Source of the DNA: Amphiscolops sp. MND2022
Taxonomy: Eukaryota
Assembly (NCBI GenBank): GCA_964187785.1
Contig: OZ076412.1
Span: 64,418,001-64,482,000, forward strand
Direction of reading: 5' to 3'
Length of the DNA stretch: 64,000 bases
Part shown: piece by piece, positions 58,431 to 64,000 of the stretch
Position numbering within the stretch: position 1 is the first letter of the stretch
Layout: each line of letters starts with the position of its first letter
Notes under the pieces: generated by a model
What the model was told of the DNA's origin: nothing
Seen by the model: only the letters and a program-made list of their open reading frames with translations
Databases searched by the model: none
Translations under genes and position numbers: made by a program

Positions 58431-61400
58431 CCCTTTCTCAGGGAAGCCTGACACCCTCTCCTGACCCGTCAAATCTTTCTCTGAAAGATGTCGATTGAGC
58501 TACTACACAGGACAGCACCAAGGGGTCAGGCACTCAAGCAGGACAATCTGCGAAAATCTATGGCTGAGCTGTTCCCAAACTCTGAAATTTCAAGGAGAAG
58601 TGAAGATCACCCTTCGGGCGTGGATTTGTCCTCTTACGTCTATACCCCCCTTCAGAGCATATTGTCCTTACACTATCCAAACACCTGAGAAACAGCTGCA
58701 TTCTACTCAATGCGAGCTTCTGCCGCCTACCGACTATGTTGCTTCTTGTCACCTTGATTGTGCAATCAAGTTCCTGAGCCTGGCCAGTGATGTTAGGCTG
58801 GTCGACTGCAAACAAGACACCCATCTTAGGCAGATGGTTCACCCAGAAAATTGCGGATTCGCTAACACAATATATTTGCGAACTCGCCGGCCCTGTACAG
58901 GGGTCAAATTACTAAAATCGGGCAAAGAGGGTTTCGGGGTCGAAAAACCCCGCCTTCCCGGAAAAGGGCGGTTTGAGCCAGAAAATGAAATCCCCTTTTT
59001 CGCTGTGGTGCCCTCAGTAGAGCAATCGGGATTTTCTGACCCAAACTGCCCTTGTCTGGGTTGGTGGGACATGGGGGTTTCTAAGGGAAATGGAGGTGCA
59101 ATGACGAAGGGGAACGACCAGTCCAGGCCCCGAAAAAATCCCAGAGCCTCTAAGAGGACCTCTCCGTAGTTTTCCTGTGGGAATTCCTAGAGAAGAAAAA
59201 AACCCTAAGAGCCTCTAAGGGGCAATTTTCCTCCGAGAGGCTCTCGGAGGCTTTTCCACCTCTGGTGTTGCACCTGCTCTTCTTCAAGGTTTTTTTTTCG
59301 ACCCCGAGACCCTCTTTTACCGATTTTGGGGATTTTGACCTCTGTGCAGTGCCGACGCGCACGCAAGAATAGATTTGCACGGCCCCACAGACCCCCACCT
59401 CACCTGAAGTACCATGGGAGCGGGAATGATTACACAATTAATTCCCCAACAATTGTTGATGTGTAACTGCTGTGTGTGTAATTGGATATTAATTCCCCGA
59501 ACATTATTGTTGTGTAATTGCCTTTCTGTGATATCATAGAGGAAAGACAGGCAGACACCAGAGATACACACGCATTACACAAATTAATTTCTCAACAATT
59601 GAAGTTGTGTAACTGATGTGTGTGTAATTGCAAAATTAATTCCCCAACAATAAAAGTTGTGTGTGTAATGATTTTTGCTCCAATGGTAGGTACTCACCTA
59701 TGCTCAAACTTCACACCGTATTTTCCTGCTGCTGATTGTTGAGATCTCTCATTCGTCTAGAAGCAACCAAAGCCCGAAGCAGGAAGTGGCGTTTTGCCTC
59801 TGCTAGCATTGAGTCTAGAGAGGGGGGGGGGTGCAACTTCACACTCAAGGTGCTACGCAAGAAGATGTGACCAACTTGCAGAAGCAATTTTTCGGTCATT
59901 CTCAGGACAGGCCCAGGGTGAGCCAAATTTTGCCCCAGCCAATCTGCAGAAGTGTGTCGGAGGATTTTTGTTGTACAAATTTTGGAGGATTTTCTCGGAG
60001 ATTTTCCTGCAGGATTTTTCTGGGCACTTTTTCCCACAAAAATGAGGAGAAAAAATCCGGCGAGAAAATCCGCGAAAAAATCCGGCGGCCCAAAAATAAA
60101 AATCCGCGAAAAATCCGTTCTGCCAAAATCCGACCCTAACAAATTGCATTTTTTGAGTAATTTTCCGGGATTTTCGGGGGCGGGGGTTTTTGTATTCTCT
60201 AAGGGGAAACTGGGATCCCAAGTCTTGCAAACCTCGGTCTTTGAAATGTTGCAGTGCCCCCCAAATGAGTGACTTTTGTGTGGATTTCCCGACCGATCAC
60301 ATGAATCACTTTGGTGGGGGCGTTGCTGCAAAACCACGCTCCGCATGATCACGCTCCACGTTTGGCCTTTTCTGACCCCCCCAAAAAAGCATGAAGATTA
60401 ACTTCTTTTGGCCCAGACTCTGACAAGTGGGATGGGGGTCTTCCACGCGATGGATTGGGGTTGAAAAGTTCGATCCCTCCCTCGAAAGTTCGTCTTCCTT
60501 GGGTTTCGGGGGGGGGATCTGGGATTTCCTGGGAATTTTGCTGGGATGTGCCGGACCCCTGAGGGTGTTCAAAAAGTTTGTGCAAAATAAATCCGTGCTC
60601 ATGTTTCGGCCCCAAATGTAATGTATGTCGGCCAATGGTGAAGGTTCTTTCATGAGAAAATTTGCTACAAGTCTCTAAGTAGAATCGCTAGGGCGGCTAA
60701 GTTTGCAACAGTGGTAGTAGAAGCTTAGTAAGGTGCTTACTGTCTGCGCCAAAACTATTACGCAATTGATTCTGGCTTAGTGACCCGACCGAAATACCCC
60801 CCCTATCGCGAGACAGGTGTAGCAATACCCCTGTCGCACTGTGTTTCCTGTGGTATCGCAGACTATCGCTGCTATACCCCCATTTCTTTCCTTAGGAATG
60901 GCTATCGCAGTCCAAAGACAGGCCTAACAAGGGGGGTATCGCAGACAAAGCTTGCCTCTGAAGCCTATCACGCTACAGGGGCGTCGCACGAAATAGTATC
61001 GCCAATCGCGCTATAGTGGGACACTAAGGATTCTGGAAAGGGCAGGTCCAGAAGCTTTTAAGGCTTTTTACAGGAAATCAAACCTCCCAAGCTGATTCCA
61101 GTACCGTTTGTAACGACATGATTTCCAATCTAATTTCGGCGCCGGGCAAATGGGGGTCGTACGCAAGTGGGGTCGGACGGACTCAACCGGGTTTTAACCG
61201 GATTTTACCTTTTAGACCCTGCCAGGGTACGGGCTGTACCCTCCAGAACACATGATTTCAAGGGATTTCGACCGGATTCTAACCGGATTGTAACCGGACT
61301 TTAACCGGACTCCATGGAATCTGGTTAAAGTCTGGTTAGAATCTGTTTGACCCCCTCCTCAGCCGACCCCATTTACCCGGTGCCGATAATTCAGAAAAAT

Positions 61401-61449
61401 TTAAGTCGGGATCAGTAACGGCAACGGTCATCGAAATGAATTCCGAATC

Positions 61450-61694
61450 CGGCGAAATTTAAAAGGGGACGGCAAAAAGGGGACGGCAAAAAATTTGTCA
61501 TAAATTGTCGTAAAATGTCGCAAAATGTCTTATGACACTTTATGACGTTTTATGACGTTTTATGACGCTTTATGTCAATGGGATAAAGAGACGGAAATTG
61601 TCATAAAATGTCGCAAAATGTCGTAAATTGTCGTAAATTGTCGTGACGCTTTTTTTGTCGTCCCCTTCCCGCCGTCCCCTTTTGGATTTCGCCG
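61450..61694. mobile_element. MITE-like element family B, copy 2
   Basis: TIR GGCGAAATTTAAAAGGGGACGGCA / GCCGTCCCCTTTTGGATTTCGCC; internal TTGTCGTAAA repeats. Confidence 0.7.
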
Positions 61695-62182
61695 AAAAAG
61701 TGAAGTCGGTGACGGTGATTCCATAATTAATTATGACCAAGAGTCTGTAAGCCGTGGTTTCCAAACCGTGGTTCGAGATTCGTGACGAAGCAGAGGTTAA
61801 ATCGAGGTTTTAAAAAGTAAGAAAGAGGTCAAAAATAGGTAAAATTGAGGTAAAAAGGAGGTTAAATTGAGGTAAAAAGGGGGTAGCGGAATTTCGTTCC
61901 CCCCAGAAAACTCGAACCACCGTTTGGAAACCACCATTAAAAGACCCGTGGTATGAGAAAAGATTTCTGGAATTACGAAGTCGGTAATGAATTCCCAGAC
62001 AATTAAAGTCGGTAACGGTCTATCTACGGTAATTGTCTAATTAATTTCGAAATAATCTAAGTCGGTCGGAAATCATTTTGAAACATATGGTAACAAGGCG
62101 TGTGGCCCAAACCTATTCGAGGTAGCCTTGATTATCCCCCTCCTAGGGTGATACCAATTGGGCCTGTGAGCACTCCAATACC

Positions 62183-64000
62183 TTGAGTGCCATGGCGATC
62201 AAATGTCTTTCGGTTTGCCTTTACCGCCCCCAATATGCTATTGGGAAGTGGATATGCTGGGGGATGCTCATCATGGGTGCGATCCTGAGCCTGCTGGTGA
62301 GTGCCTTGAGTATCCTGGTCAGAAGGATGGTTGCCGACAATATGATGGAGTATGAGATGGAATATGAAGAGATTGCGCATGCTGGGAGAGTGCCATGTAA
62401 TGAGGTCATCATGGTGAACGAGTCACCACTGCCGACCTGTACCAAGAGCTCTCCCTTCCCTACCACTCCGTCAATTGCAAGAAGAAGAAGGCAGCACTTT
62501 GAGGCACAAAGGGGAGGCATGAGGAGATTGAGTAGTCATCGGAGAGGGGCTACCCTGATCATGAATCCCAGAAAGCCTCATCACTGTGCATACATGTGTG
62601 CGCTCAAGATTGCAGGTAAATCAGGGAGTAGCAAGAACATCATGTGCCTACGTAACGTAAGAATGTTGCGTTGATGGTGGGAGATCTCTACCTCTCAGAA
62701 GCCAAGATTCATGGCATTGATGTGAAGAAGATGATTGATGTGACCTATGGAAGCGTCCAGTCCTATATGGAGCATGTAGCAAAAGATCAATGGGCATCCT
62801 TGGTTGAGCTTCATTGCATGTCTATCATAGAGAATGTCTCCTTCTACGTCAAGAGCAAGCAGTATGTTGAGAAGGTAGGAGTGAAGAGTACAAAGTATAT
62901 GATGTCCTTGATGAGCAATCACTTCACCCTTCTCAAGATGCATGGCAAGAGGGATGAGAAGTCCCTAAAACGTGGAACAAGAACGTTAGATAGAGGAGGC
63001 ATGTTCACTGCGTGGACATGGAAGAGACTATGGACGATGACCCTATTCCAGCCTGGGCCTGGAGTCATATGGTCACTGATGCTGGCATGGCTAGAGGTGA
63101 ATATGTACATGTCCGAGTTGGGCCTACTGTCATGACGGAGGTCTCCAGTGTGAGCATGAGACTACCTCAAGAAGCTAAGATCTCTGCCCTGAAGACAAGA
63201 CTCAGTCATATGATCGGATTGCCACGTGAAAGGCAAATGATCACAAAGAGAAATGAGCACAGGACTGAGCTTCATGATTGGTCAGACATACCAGAGCATG
63301 TGGTCCTTGATGACATCCTAGCCCTGCCTGAGAACAACAGTGACTTCATAACGATCTTCCTCACCCCGATCTCGCAAGAGATCATCTTCCCAATATCAAG
63401 TGGCATGCCTGATTCACAGATCAACCTTGCGATCTCACGTGTGACAGGATACCCGTTGGCGGATATCAGACTTAGAGACAGAGCAGGAGATCCTTGGACC
63501 TATAGTTCTTCTAGAGCCAGGACACCATATGTGGTGTTGAGCCTAGAGACCCTCAGAGGAGGCATGGATCCAAGGTGGGAGGCTAGATCAAGATCAAGGT
63601 CAAGGGAGCAAGGAAGGCAGGCAAATACCATCTCGACCACGGAGGTGTTCTTGGCACCGTGCAGTATCGGGAGCAGTCATCTTCTTCCTCATCTCCACAG
63701 ATGCTTCACCATACAGGGAGATGGAGGAGGCTTACCAGAGAGAGAGGATGATAAGAGATAACCTTCGTGAGGAACTACAGGGCCAACCATGTGTGCGCTC
63801 TCCTACCCCTCGTGAAGAGCATGAAGATGATGATGACTACAATGTACCAGCTGCAAATCACCTTTGGTCGAGAGTATGGCCAGAGTCTCCACCTCCGGCT
63901 CAACCTAATAGAACCCCTAGACCTATGGTGGTGAATGAGCGTGTGCAAGGTATTGTACATGCAGCAGAAGGAGCATCAGCCTTCCATGTCCTCACAGAGA
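62183..64000 (+). pseudogene. Frameshifted polyprotein: TM segment - OTU-like cysteine protease - tandem ubiquitin-like domains, with three RGG|M junctions (runs off the window)
   Basis: ORFs 62183-62674, 62671-63135 and 63012-63761 join after removing a CGTAA duplication (62651-62660) and one further indel near 63005; HHCAY (Cys 62585), LRKNVAL, QWASLVELHCMS and NHFT (His 62920); Ubl-like LPQEAKISALKTRLSHMIGLPRERQMI and ITIFL..ISRVTGYPLADIRL..VVLSLETLRGG. Confidence 0.55.

Noticed and set aside
62510-63566. GGAGG as Shine-Dalgarno sites indicating a bacterial operon
   Set aside because: GGAGG lies only 1 nt from the ATG and is in frame as Gly-Gly with no upstream stop; the context is eukaryotic repeat DNA.

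Overview
Eukaryotic, repeat-dominated scaffold in two very different halves separated by N-gaps from 27982. LEFT (1-27981): (i) An intact, very young ~16-kb Ty3/Gypsy LTR retrotransposon (70-16050) with 2202-bp TGT..ACA LTRs, a TATAC target-site duplication, a tRNA-Leu-like PBS, and gag joined to PR-RT-RH-IN pol by a -1 frameshift. Between pol and the 3' LTR it carries a ~5-kb accessory cassette. This holds an antisense 863-codon ORF that reads as a catalytically dead hAT-family DNA transposase with an intact BED-type zinc finger, an antisense five-exon spliced gene for a ~340-aa acidic protein whose last splice acceptor falls on the first base of that ORF, and a divergent sense ORF running into U3. 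(ii) This element has inserted into the TATA box of an oppositely oriented LTR of a related family (16056-17633 plus 1-64). (iii) A second, decayed Gypsy element (~18.8-26.15 kb) has a tandemly duplicated integrase region. RIGHT (28182-64000): a mosaic of short inverted-repeat (MITE-like) elements, microsatellite-embedded TIR elements, hairpins and minisatellites, with fragmentary coding sequence. The latter includes a frameshifted polyprotein with an OTU-like protease, tandem ubiquitin-like domains and three RGG|M junctions (62.2-64 kb). The two halves may come from different organisms (chimeric scaffold). No rRNA, tRNA, CRISPR or prokaryotic genes are supported. All homology calls are by-eye motif recognition, not database searches.
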